Positions 26,260-34,311 of a stretch of DNA of 64,000 nt are shown in pieces. Position 1 is the first letter of the stretch. Each line of letters opens with the position of its first letter. The position numbers and the translations under genes are program-made. Under the pieces are notes generated by a model. That model saw only the letters and a program-made list of their open reading frames with translations, had not been told where the DNA came from and did no database searches. Origin of the DNA: Planctomycetota bacterium. GTDB lineage: Bacteria > Planctomycetota > JAJSAM01 > JAJVHW01. The stretch is from assembly GCA_965248445.1 (NCBI GenBank), contig CBDFJG010000003.1, forward strand, positions 1,395,069-1,459,068, in the 5' to 3' direction.

Positions 26260-27243
26260 TCAGACCGCTCTCGAAAGGAGCCCGTCAGCCAGTTCCGCTG
26301 CAACGTGGTGCGCCGACCTGTCTTCGGCCTCCGCCCGAGCGAGCACGCTCCGCACCCGTTCCGGGATGGCGAGCAGACGGGCCTCCACCAATTCGCTCTC
26401 CCCCAGCGCATCGGAGGCGCCCTTGATGACCGCGCCCGCGTTCGCGAGGACATCGGGGACGTACTGGATGCCACGTGCGTGCAGCCGGTCCGCGTCCGCC
26501 TCCTCGGCGAACGGGTTGTTGGTTCCGCCGCAGACGAGCCGGCACGAGAGGAGAGGGATGGTCTGCGCCGTGAGCACCGCACCCGTGGCGCACGGCGACC
26601 AGACATCGCACGGGACGCCGTACGCGTCCTTCGGCGCAACGACCTGAGCGCCGGGCACGCTGCAAGCCGCGCTCTCGCTCATGTCGCTCACCGTCACAGC
26701 CGTACCGTTCTTGAGCAGATCCGTAGCGACGCCGTGGCCGACGGCGCCCAGTCCCTGCACCAGCGCCGTCGCTGGATCCAGAACGGCGCGGATCGACGCG
26801 AGCACGCTACGCGCCGTCCAGGATCCGAGGTCGCGGCAGGCGAAGTGCTCGGTCGCGGAAGACACGTTGCTCTCGTCCTCGGCGCTGAATCCCATGTCCG
26901 CGCCGCAGTGGTACCGGCCGCGGAGCGACTGCACGAACGCGCCGAGCCGCCGCATCACGTCCGCGCGCTGCTCACTCGTCCACCCCGACGCCGGCACACA
27001 CACGACGCTCTTCGCCCCGCCGGCCGGGATGTCCGAGAGGATGACCTTGCGGCTCATCGTACGGGACAGGAGACGAGCGTCGTCGATCGCGGCTCCCTCG
27101 TCCCGGTACTCCTGCACGCGAATGCCGCCGAACGCCTTCCCGTGAACAGCACGGTGGATCACGACGAACGCCGTCGCCACGCCCAGTTCCAGACGGTAGG
27201 CATCGTCCCAGCCGGCGATCTCGAAGCGCGCGGGTTCTGTCAA
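26260..27243 (-). CDS. Glu/Leu/Phe/Val dehydrogenase family protein (leucine-dehydrogenase-like)
   Basis: VIHRAVHGKAFGGIRVQEYRDEGAAIDDARLLSRTMSRKVILSDIPAGGAKSVV (catalytic Lys region) and Rossmann segment VQGLGAVGHGVATDL...CGGTNNPF. The only sensible start is the TTG at 27243, which overlaps the lhr stop (TTGA). Confidence 0.75.
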   Translation of the reverse strand: MTEPARFEIAGWDDAYRLELGVATAFVVIHRAVHGKAFGGIRVQEYRDEGAAIDDARLLSRTMSRKVILSDIPAGGAKSVVCVPASGWTSEQRADVMRRLGAFVQSLRGRYHCGADMGFSAEDESNVSSATEHFACRDLGSWTARSVLASIRAVLDPATALVQGLGAVGHGVATDLLKNGTAVTVSDMSESAACSVPGAQVVAPKDAYGVPCDVWSPCATGAVLTAQTIPLLSCRLVCGGTNNPFAEEADADRLHARGIQYVPDVLANAGAVIKGASDALGESELVEARLLAIPERVRSVLARAEAEDRSAHHVAAELADGLLSRAV

Positions 27244-30200
27244 GCGACGACAACCTCGCCGCGCGTCGCGGGCGAGATCCACTCGCCGGGAGTGAGGATG
27301 CCCCGCAGGTTCAGCGGATCGGCGGCGGCGACGGTCAAGGGCGCGAACTCCGGCTCCCCGTCCTTCCTTCGCGCCGCGCGCAGGGGCTTCACAGCACCGG
27401 GTAGCGCGTACTGCTCGCCGGAGAACCCCGCGACGAAGCGGCCGCCGCGGACCTCGCCCCGCAGTTCCATCCGCCGGAGCACCTTCAGCAACAACCGCCA
27501 CGGCACGGCGATGCGCTCGCGCAGCGTGACGCGCCGGAACACGACGCCCCATCGTCGCAGGAGCAGTCGAGCGACGACTTCGGCAGCGGCTTCGTCGGGT
27601 GCCACCACGTCCTCCGACCGGAACGGGCTCCACCGGCCGACGGCGGGCATCCCGACGAGCGTGTTGCGACGGCGAGAGGGCGGGATGATCAAGCGGCGCA
27701 GTCCGGCGAACGAGTCGCACGATGCCAGACCGTGCGCAACGAGATCGCCGAGCCCCTTGTCCAGTTGCGCGGGTAGGAGGCCGCTGGTGCGGACGAGATC
27801 CTGGGCGAACGCAGCGCCTCGGCGACGCAAGGCCTCATGAGCGTGCTCACCGTCCCGCTGCAGGTCGGCAGAGTCGGCGGGACCCGCCAGCCCCTCCAGC
27901 ACATGCAGCCACTCGCGCGGCACAAACGCGATGGGCGTCGCGCGAATGGCCGAGCGTCCCGCACCCCACAGCCGCCCCCACGCGAATTCGCCCGACAGCG
28001 TTACGTGATCCAACCACTCCCTCCGGTAGCCGCGGACACGCGTCTTCAGGATCGACGCTTCCCACGAAGCAGCCGGCGCCTCGTAACCGGCGAGCTGGCG
28101 CAGCACCTCTGCGACCCCGGGCTGACCATCGAGGAGATGCTCCGGGTCGACGTGCTGCCACCGCCCGAGGAAGCGCAGGAAGTCGGCTGCGGGGACCGGA
28201 CGGATCTCACGGCGTAGCCGGTCGAGCGTGTAGCGGTGCACGCGCGCGAGCAAGCGCCGCTGACACCAGAGCGTCTCGCCCTCGTGCCGGACGCGCAAGA
28301 CGTCGCCCCGCTGCTCGAGCTGGAGCAGCATCGCTTCGGTCGCGCCCACGCGCTCTGCGGGGACGGGGCCGAGTGCTTCCAAGCGGCTGCGCACGATCTC
28401 GAGAGGGTCCCGCGACGCCTCGGCCGCGAACCACCGGCCGTCCTCGCAGACGACGCGCCCGGCGACCCGCAGTTCATCGAGCCACGCGCTCCACGGTGCG
28501 CCCTCGGCGGCCGTGAGGAAGCCCATCCAGAGCAGCGCCTCGTGGACCTCGTCGGCGGAGTCCGCGTCCGGCCACGCCTCCTCGCACACGCGGCGCACGG
28601 CCTCCGCGTCGAGCGCACCGAGGGAATCGGCCCTCGCCTCCGTCAGCGCGTGACGCGTCTGCACCGCGCGGGTGCGGCGCTCCTCGAGCGGCGCGTCATC
28701 GAGGAACGTGTAGACGGGGCCGTTCAGGATCGCGAGCGCAAGCACAGACGGCGACGGCCGGTCGATTGCCACGCGCTCGATCGAGCCGTCGCGCAGACCG
28801 CGCAGCACGTCGAGGAAACCGTCGACGTCCATCGCCTCGAACAGGCAGTCCTCGACGGTCTGCCGAACGAGCGGCCGGTCCATCGGGATCTCGAGCGGCC
28901 CGTGGTCGAGAGTTTCGGGGCACGCCAGCACTGCGGGGAACTGCTGCGCGAGCGCGTCGTCGGCCCGCATCCGCAGCAGCGGCGCCGGCACGCGGCGGCC
29001 CCCCTGGAAACGCGGGACCACGAGCGCCCTCGTCACGTTCCAGCGCCACCGGGTTCCGAACATGGGCGCCGGCAGCATCGCCTGCACGAGCACCTCGCGC
29101 GCGGTGTTCGGGTGCAGGTAGTCGAACACCTCCTCGAGCGGGAAGCTGTGCTGCAGTCCGATCGACAGGACGATCGACTCCTCGTTCGCCGCGGCTTGCA
29201 GCTCGAACCCGAACCCGACGCAGAACTTCTTCCGCAGAGCGAGTCCCAGCGCGCGGTTCACGCGACTACCGAACGGGGCGTGCAGCACGACCTGCATCCC
29301 TCCCGTCTCGTCGAAGAACCTCTCGAGCACGAGCCGCTCTCGAGTGGGCATGGCGCCCAGCTCCTCGAAGCCCTGATCGAGGTAGGCCTCGACTTGCTCG
29401 GCCGCTGACTCCGGTATCCCGGGATCTGCGGTCATCTCCGCAACCCTGGGACGCTCTTCGCGCAGACGCGAGAGCGCGTCGGACAACTCCGCCGACCGCG
29501 CAGGCGCCTCGCCGACCCAGAACGGCAGCGACGGCGGCGCTCCCTCGGCGTCGGCAACGCGCATCACGCCCTCGGAGACGCGCAACACGCGCCAGGACGT
29601 CGCGCCGAGCTCGAAGATGTCGCCCGCAGACGACTCGATCGCGAAGTCCTCGTGGACCTGGCCCACGAGCGTGCCGGCGGGCTCCTCGAGAACGCGGTAC
29701 TGCGCGTTGTCGGGGATCGCCCCACCGCCGGTGATGGCGGGGATGCGCGCACGGCGCGTGGCGCGCAGCCGGCCGCCGACGCTGTCGCGGTGCAGCAACG
29801 CGCGTCGGCCCTCCGTGTGGACGTGCACGGTCTCGTCGAATTCGGCGCGGGTCAACTCGCGATACGGCCACGCTCGCAGCAGGCGCGCGTACAACTCGTC
29901 CTCGACCTGCTCGTCCCCGACACATTCGGCCACGATGTGCTGGAGCAGGATATCGAGCGGCGCCCGCGGCTGCGGCGTGCGGTCGAGGTCGCCTGCGCGT
30001 ACGGAGCGGAACAGTGCGACCGACGCGACCAGTTCGTCGCGGGTGAGCGGGAAGATGCGACCTCGCGGAACGCGCCCGAGCGCGTGACCGGCTCGACCGA
30101 CGCGCTGCAGGAACGCTGCGATGGTCGGCGTCATCGCGCACTGGATGACCAGATCGACGTCGCCGACGTCGATCCCGAGTTCGAGCGATGCGGTCGAGAC

Positions 30201-31166
30201 CAGAGCCCGCAGACGCCCGGCCTTGAGACGCTGCTCCGCGTCGAGGCGCCGCTCCTTCGACAGACTCCCGTGATGGCAGGCGACGAGGCTCTTGCCAACG
30301 ACTTCTTCGAGCCGAGCGCTCACCCGTTCCGCGAGCTTGCGTGTGTTGACGAAGACGAGCGTCGTCCGGTGATCAGCGACGAGTTCGGCGATGCGCCCGT
30401 AGATCTCCTCCCACGTCTCGTGAGAACAGACGGTCTCGAGGGGCGTCTCCGGCACCTCGATCGCGATGTCGATCTCGCGCAGGTGTCCGGCGTCGACCTC
30501 GACGCAGTCGCGCCCGACTCCGACGAGGAAGCGCGCGACGTCGGAAAGCGGCTTCTGCGTCGCCGAGAGGCCGACACGCTGAACCGGTGTCCCCGCAAGA
30601 CCCGACAGCCGCTCGAGGGAGAGCGACAGGTGCGAGCCGCGCTTGCTGCCGAGCACGGCGTGGATCTCGTCCACGATCACCGTCCGCACCGTCGACAGCA
30701 TGGCGCGGCCGGACTGCGAGGTGAGCAGGATGTAGAGCGACTCCGGCGTCGTGACCAGGACGTGCGGCGGGCGGCGCCGCATCTTGGCGCGCTCGCTCTG
30801 CCGCGTGTCGCCCGATCGGACCAGAACGCGCACTTCCGGGAGTGCGGGGTCCATCTCGCGCATTTCAGCGAGTGGCGCCCGCAGGTTCTTCTGGACGTCG
30901 TTGCCGAGCGCCTTGAGCGGCGAGATGTAGAGCACTCGTGTCTCGTCGGGGAGGTCCCCACCATCACCCGGCCCTGGTTCGGAGAACAGTTCGTCGAGCG
31001 CGTGCAGGAACGCCGCAAGCGTCTTGCCCGAGCCCGTCGGCGCGGCAATCAGCGTGTGCCGCCCGGCGCGGATCTCCGGCCATCCGCGGCGCTGCGGCTC
31101 GGTGACGGTGTCGAATCGGCTCTCGAACCAGCGGCGGACGGTCGGATGGAAGGCGGTGAGCGGCAA
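27240..31166 (-). CDS. lhr: Lhr-family ATP-dependent DEAD/DEAH-box helicase
   Basis: FHPTVRRWFESRF..TEPQRRGWPEI..LIAAPTGSGKTLAAFL (motif I), VIVDEIHA (motif II), HHGSLS, RVGRAGH, and a long Lhr-type C-terminal (DEAD-associated) region. A TTG start at 31166 is proposed, because the upstream extension overlaps the DUF2071 coding frame on the other strand. Confidence 0.85.
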   Translation of the reverse strand: MPLTAFHPTVRRWFESRFDTVTEPQRRGWPEIRAGRHTLIAAPTGSGKTLAAFLHALDELFSEPGPGDGGDLPDETRVLYISPLKALGNDVQKNLRAPLAEMREMDPALPEVRVLVRSGDTRQSERAKMRRRPPHVLVTTPESLYILLTSQSGRAMLSTVRTVIVDEIHAVLGSKRGSHLSLSLERLSGLAGTPVQRVGLSATQKPLSDVARFLVGVGRDCVEVDAGHLREIDIAIEVPETPLETVCSHETWEEIYGRIAELVADHRTTLVFVNTRKLAERVSARLEEVVGKSLVACHHGSLSKERRLDAEQRLKAGRLRALVSTASLELGIDVGDVDLVIQCAMTPTIAAFLQRVGRAGHALGRVPRGRIFPLTRDELVASVALFRSVRAGDLDRTPQPRAPLDILLQHIVAECVGDEQVEDELYARLLRAWPYRELTRAEFDETVHVHTEGRRALLHRDSVGGRLRATRRARIPAITGGGAIPDNAQYRVLEEPAGTLVGQVHEDFAIESSAGDIFELGATSWRVLRVSEGVMRVADAEGAPPSLPFWVGEAPARSAELSDALSRLREERPRVAEMTADPGIPESAAEQVEAYLDQGFEELGAMPTRERLVLERFFDETGGMQVVLHAPFGSRVNRALGLALRKKFCVGFGFELQAAANEESIVLSIGLQHSFPLEEVFDYLHPNTAREVLVQAMLPAPMFGTRWRWNVTRALVVPRFQGGRRVPAPLLRMRADDALAQQFPAVLACPETLDHGPLEIPMDRPLVRQTVEDCLFEAMDVDGFLDVLRGLRDGSIERVAIDRPSPSVLALAILNGPVYTFLDDAPLEERRTRAVQTRHALTEARADSLGALDAEAVRRVCEEAWPDADSADEVHEALLWMGFLTAAEGAPWSAWLDELRVAGRVVCEDGRWFAAEASRDPLEIVRSRLEALGPVPAERVGATEAMLLQLEQRGDVLRVRHEGETLWCQRRLLARVHRYTLDRLRREIRPVPAADFLRFLGRWQHVDPEHLLDGQPGVAEVLRQLAGYEAPAASWEASILKTRVRGYRREWLDHVTLSGEFAWGRLWGAGRSAIRATPIAFVPREWLHVLEGLAGPADSADLQRDGEHAHEALRRRGAAFAQDLVRTSGLLPAQLDKGLGDLVAHGLASCDSFAGLRRLIIPPSRRRNTLVGMPAVGRWSPFRSEDVVAPDEAAAEVVARLLLRRWGVVFRRVTLRERIAVPWRLLLKVLRRMELRGEVRGGRFVAGFSGEQYALPGAVKPLRAARRKDGEPEFAPLTVAAADPLNLRGILTPGEWISPATRGEVVVA

Positions 31167-31200
31167 GGGACCGGGGATCCTAACGTTCCGGGCCCCATCG

Positions 31201-31488
31201 ATGACGACGTCTGACCTGTACGACGACCATCTCCCCTGGCCGCGTCCGGACCGTCCGTTCGCGATGCACCAGCGGTGGTGCGACCTCCTGTTCGCGCACT
31301 GGCCTGTACCCGTCGCGGCGCTCCGACCGCTCGTGCCTGCGGGGCTGGAGATCGACACTTTCGACGGTGAAGCCTGGCTCGGCGTCGTTCCGTTCCGCAT
31401 GAGCGGCGTGCGGCTCCGCGGGCTCCCCGCGGTCCCGGGCACGTCGGCGTTCCCAGAGCTCAACGTCCGGACGTACGTGCGGCACGGA
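31201..31488 (+). pseudogene. DUF2071 (YqjF-like) gene, 3'-truncated by the IS66-family insertion
   Basis: MTTSDLYDDHLPWPRPDRPFAMHQRWCDLLFAHWPVPVAALRPLVPAGLEIDTFDGEAWLGVVPFRMSGVRLRG...FPELNVRTYVRHG matches the DUF2071 N-terminal half. The frame runs into the IS inverted repeat at 31489. Confidence 0.7.
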
Positions 31489-32988
31489 GTAACCGTTCAC
31501 CCCTTGACAGCGTGTGAGCCTCAGCGTGCGACGGGCATCGGGACCATGACGGGCGGGTCGGCGCCGGTGAGGTGCGCGGCGACCGAGTCGGCGAGGAAGT
31601 CGAAGACTTGGTCGCCACGGCGTCGCAGCGTGGCCGCGGCGGTCAACACGCGCTCGGCGAAGCGGAGTCCGCGAGCGGACTGGCTTCCGAAGGAGCCCTT
31701 GCGCCAGAGCACCGCTTTGCGGACCGCGCGCTCGGCGGCGTTGTTCGTCGGACTCACGTCCTGGGTCCGCGCATAGGTGAAGAGGGCGACCACGCGGGGG
31801 CGCAGATGGTTGGCCAGAGCCGAGTCGTCGTTCGCGATCAGTCGCTCGAGCCGTCCGCGCAGCACAGCGGCTTCGCCTTGCAGCCGGTCACGGTCGCCGT
31901 GCTCACCGAAGAGCCGGTAGCTGCGCATGACCGACTGCGCGATCATGACGCCCTTGTTGCCGAAGCGGCGATGTCCTCGCGGGCCTTCGGCCAGCGCACG
32001 GAAGGCGCGCTCGATGTGCGCCCAGCAGAGCTGGCGGCGGGCAAGTGGGTGTGACTCGTAGGCACCCATCCGGTCGCTGATCACCGTGCCACCGAAACGC
32101 CGCCCGATCAGCCGCCCTTTCGCCTTGGCACTGCGGCGGCGATCGATCCCGAAGGCTGTGGCGTGCTCGCTCTCCGCCGCCCACAGCCAGCACACCCGGC
32201 CCCGTTCCTTCCACGACGTCTCGTCCACGTTGGCTCGCAGCGACGTGCGGACTGCCCCGAGGGCTTCGAGGTACGACGAGTGCAGAGCGTCACTGAGCCG
32301 ACGCTCACAGTCGCTGATCTTGCCCAGCGACATCTTCACACCGAAGATCTCACCGAGCAGCCGCTGCGTCTCCCGCACGCTCACGCGGTACACGCCGCGC
32401 AGCGCGCCGGCAAGTGTGGTCAGCCGCGGACCGAAGGCCCCGGTCGGCACGCCATCGGGCAGGACCGCCGTCGTGACCGCACGACAGCGCCGGCACCGCG
32501 CCTTGTGCAGCCGGTGCTCCCGCACCGTGACGAGCACGCGCGGGAGCACCGTCACCTGGTGCCGGTACGGATCGCCGATGCCCTGCTCGAGATCGTCGTG
32601 TCCGCACGCGTCGCAGAGGTCGGGACGGTGCTCCTTGGTCTCATCGACGTTGGACGGATCCACCAGCTCGCGCGCCGTGCCCTCATGGCCCGGCTGTCCG
32701 CCCTGCTTGCGACCGCTACGCGGCCTTCGGCCGCGACGGCGCTTGGACCACGCCGGGTCCGACGACGGAGGCCTCGAGCTGTTGCGGGAGTCACGCTTCA
32801 GACGCGACTCGAGCTCGTCGATGCGGCGCAGATGCTTCGCTTCGCGACGCTCCAGCTCCTCGATCCAGGCCAGAAGGCCCTCGACCATCGCCCGCAGATC
32901 CTCGTCCTGCCGCTCGCCCACAACATCTTGATCGACCGATGGCCGAACGATCTGGATCCTGGCTCGCGACGAAGGGGTGAACGGTTAC
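31489..32988 (-). mobile_element. IS66-family insertion sequence, single-ORF type, copy 2 (diverged from copy 1)
   Basis: 17-bp perfect terminal inverted repeats GTAACCGTTCACCCCTT (31489..31505 and the reverse complement of 32972..32988). About 1.5 kb. No 8-bp target duplication (GGCACGGA against CGTTCTTC). Confidence 0.8.
31521..32921 (-). CDS. IS66-family transposase (TnpC-like), paralogue of 2637..4070
   Basis: Same motif series as copy 1: GGQPGHEG, CDACG...CRRC, VDETSW, LCWAHIERAF, SPTNNAAERAVRKAVLWRK. Clearly homologous to copy 1 but substantially diverged by eye. Confidence 0.9.
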   Translation of the reverse strand: MGERQDEDLRAMVEGLLAWIEELERREAKHLRRIDELESRLKRDSRNSSRPPSSDPAWSKRRRGRRPRSGRKQGGQPGHEGTARELVDPSNVDETKEHRPDLCDACGHDDLEQGIGDPYRHQVTVLPRVLVTVREHRLHKARCRRCRAVTTAVLPDGVPTGAFGPRLTTLAGALRGVYRVSVRETQRLLGEIFGVKMSLGKISDCERRLSDALHSSYLEALGAVRTSLRANVDETSWKERGRVCWLWAAESEHATAFGIDRRRSAKAKGRLIGRRFGGTVISDRMGAYESHPLARRQLCWAHIERAFRALAEGPRGHRRFGNKGVMIAQSVMRSYRLFGEHGDRDRLQGEAAVLRGRLERLIANDDSALANHLRPRVVALFTYARTQDVSPTNNAAERAVRKAVLWRKGSFGSQSARGLRFAERVLTAAATLRRRGDQVFDFLADSVAAHLTGADPPVMVPMPVAR

Positions 32989-33067
32989 CGTTCTTCCGCA
33001 TCGCCGAGGTCGCGCTGACGTCACTCTTCCTGTTCCTGACCGCGGTCTACACGGGTGCCGCCGCGGG

Positions 33068-34060
33068 GTGGATCGGACCGGGTCCTGTCACGTGATCGCC
33101 GACGCGTATCTGCCGACGTCGCCGGGGGTGTTCAGCGCCATCGCGTGGACGCTCGTGGTCGTGGCGCTCGTGGGGTTCTGCGTCGCGCGCATCCGAAGCG
33201 CCGCAATCGCTCGGCTCCTCGCGTGGTCGATCGTCCTCGGGACGGTGGGCGCGTTGCACATCGGGCTCCTGTGGCAGCCGGGCGGGTTCCGGATGCTGGC
33301 GCTGGTGGGCGGTCTCCTGTTCGCGATGAAGGCCGTGGTCGCGGTCGAGGCGCGCCAGGAGGGCACGTCTCTCGACCTGCTGTCGTATCTCGGCTTCACC
33401 GCCCTGTGGTTCGGGATGCGTCCACGGATCTTCGCAGAGCGGTCGGCGGCGGCGCGCAACGGAGCCGGCGGTCTCGTGCGCCGCGGGATCGTGCGCATGG
33501 CGATGGGTGTGGTGTTGATCGGTGCGGCGCGCGCGGTCGCGCAGGAGACCGGATCGCGACTCGCCGCAACGCTCCTGCTGCTGCCGGGACTCAGCCTGCT
33601 GTTGCACTTCGGTCTGTTCAACGTGGCTGCGGGGGCGTGGCGCCGGTGGGGAGTCGACGCGCGGGCGCTGTTCCGCGCGCCGCTCCTCGCACAGTCACTC
33701 GACGAGTTCTGGAGCCGGCGCTGGAACGTCGGCTACTCGGAGATGACGTCGCTCGCGGTGTTCCGTCCGCTCCGCTCGACCCTCGGATCGACTGCGGCGA
33801 CCATCGCTGCGTTCCTGTTCTCCGGGCTGCTGCACGAACTGGCGATCAGCGTGCCGGTGCGGGCCGGCTACGGACTGCCGTTCGTGTACTTCGCCTTGCA
33901 TGGCGTCGCGATGGTCGCGGAACGCCGGCTCCGCGCGGGCGGGTGGCTGTCCGGGATGATGGGGCGGATCTGGACGGTCGGCTGGGTCGTGCTCCCCACG
34001 CCGATCCTGTTCCACCGCCCGTTCCTGGAGGGCACGATCTGGCCCCTGATCGGGGCGTGA
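33068..34060 (+). CDS. MBOAT_2 / wax-synthase-like membrane-bound O-acyltransferase family protein
   Basis: Multi-TM protein with SLDEFWSRRWNVGYSEM and FSGLLHELAISVP (the conserved His region of MBOAT_2). The N-terminus is uncertain: a TM-like segment in another frame (32990..33095) abuts the IS. Confidence 0.65.
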   Translation: MDRTGSCHVIADAYLPTSPGVFSAIAWTLVVVALVGFCVARIRSAAIARLLAWSIVLGTVGALHIGLLWQPGGFRMLALVGGLLFAMKAVVAVEARQEGTSLDLLSYLGFTALWFGMRPRIFAERSAAARNGAGGLVRRGIVRMAMGVVLIGAARAVAQETGSRLAATLLLLPGLSLLLHFGLFNVAAGAWRRWGVDARALFRAPLLAQSLDEFWSRRWNVGYSEMTSLAVFRPLRSTLGSTAATIAAFLFSGLLHELAISVPVRAGYGLPFVYFALHGVAMVAERRLRAGGWLSGMMGRIWTVGWVVLPTPILFHRPFLEGTIWPLIGA

Positions 34061-34117
34061 ACAAGCCGCCTCCGCCGAGCGATTGCACGGGAAGAGAGTT
34101 CCTCGCAACCGCCCGGA

Positions 34118-34261
34118 TAGCGAGGGCACGCGGCTTGCGGAGCCAGCCGCGTGACCGAAGCCCTCCGTAGCGTCCGGAGGACGCGTAGGAGGGAGACAAC
34201 CCCACGCCGAAGGCGTGCGGGTTGTGGCCCGCAGATCGCCACGCGATCTGCGGGCCACAAC
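34118..34261 (+). repeat. structured two-hairpin repeat element, copy 2 (complete)
   Basis: TAGCGAG..GCGTGAC..CCTCC-GTA-GCGTCC-gga-GGACGC-GTA-GGAGG-GAGACAA, then CCCACGCC-gaa-GGCGTG(C)GGG, then a 19-bp perfect hairpin GTTGTGGCCCGCAGATCGC-cac-GCGATCTGCGGGCCACAAC (34221..34261). Lies in a convergent intergenic region. Confidence 0.55.
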
Positions 34262-34266
34262 AGTCC

Positions 34267-34311
34267 GTCAAGTAGTGGCTCCGGCGCGAAGCGCCGGAGC
34301 CACTACTTGAC
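34267..34311. terminator. 21-bp perfect hairpin, likely bidirectional terminator
   Basis: GTCAAGTAGTGGCTCCGGCGC-gaa-GCGCCGGAGCCACTACTTGAC. The TAG stop of the minus-strand VWA gene lies inside the 3' arm. No U-tract, as is common in GC-rich genomes. Confidence 0.55.

Noticed and set aside
26161-27840. 559-aa plus-strand ORF spanning the dehydrogenase and the lhr 3' end
   Set aside because: It is antisense to two genes with clear family motifs, and its composition is Arg/Ala/Ser-rich junk.
31167-31463. N-terminal extension of lhr to the first ATG
   Set aside because: The extension is low-complexity (S/G/R-rich). It lies antisense to the DUF2071 N-terminal coding sequence, which matches a conserved family. 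Lhr homology begins about 10 residues after the proposed TTG.
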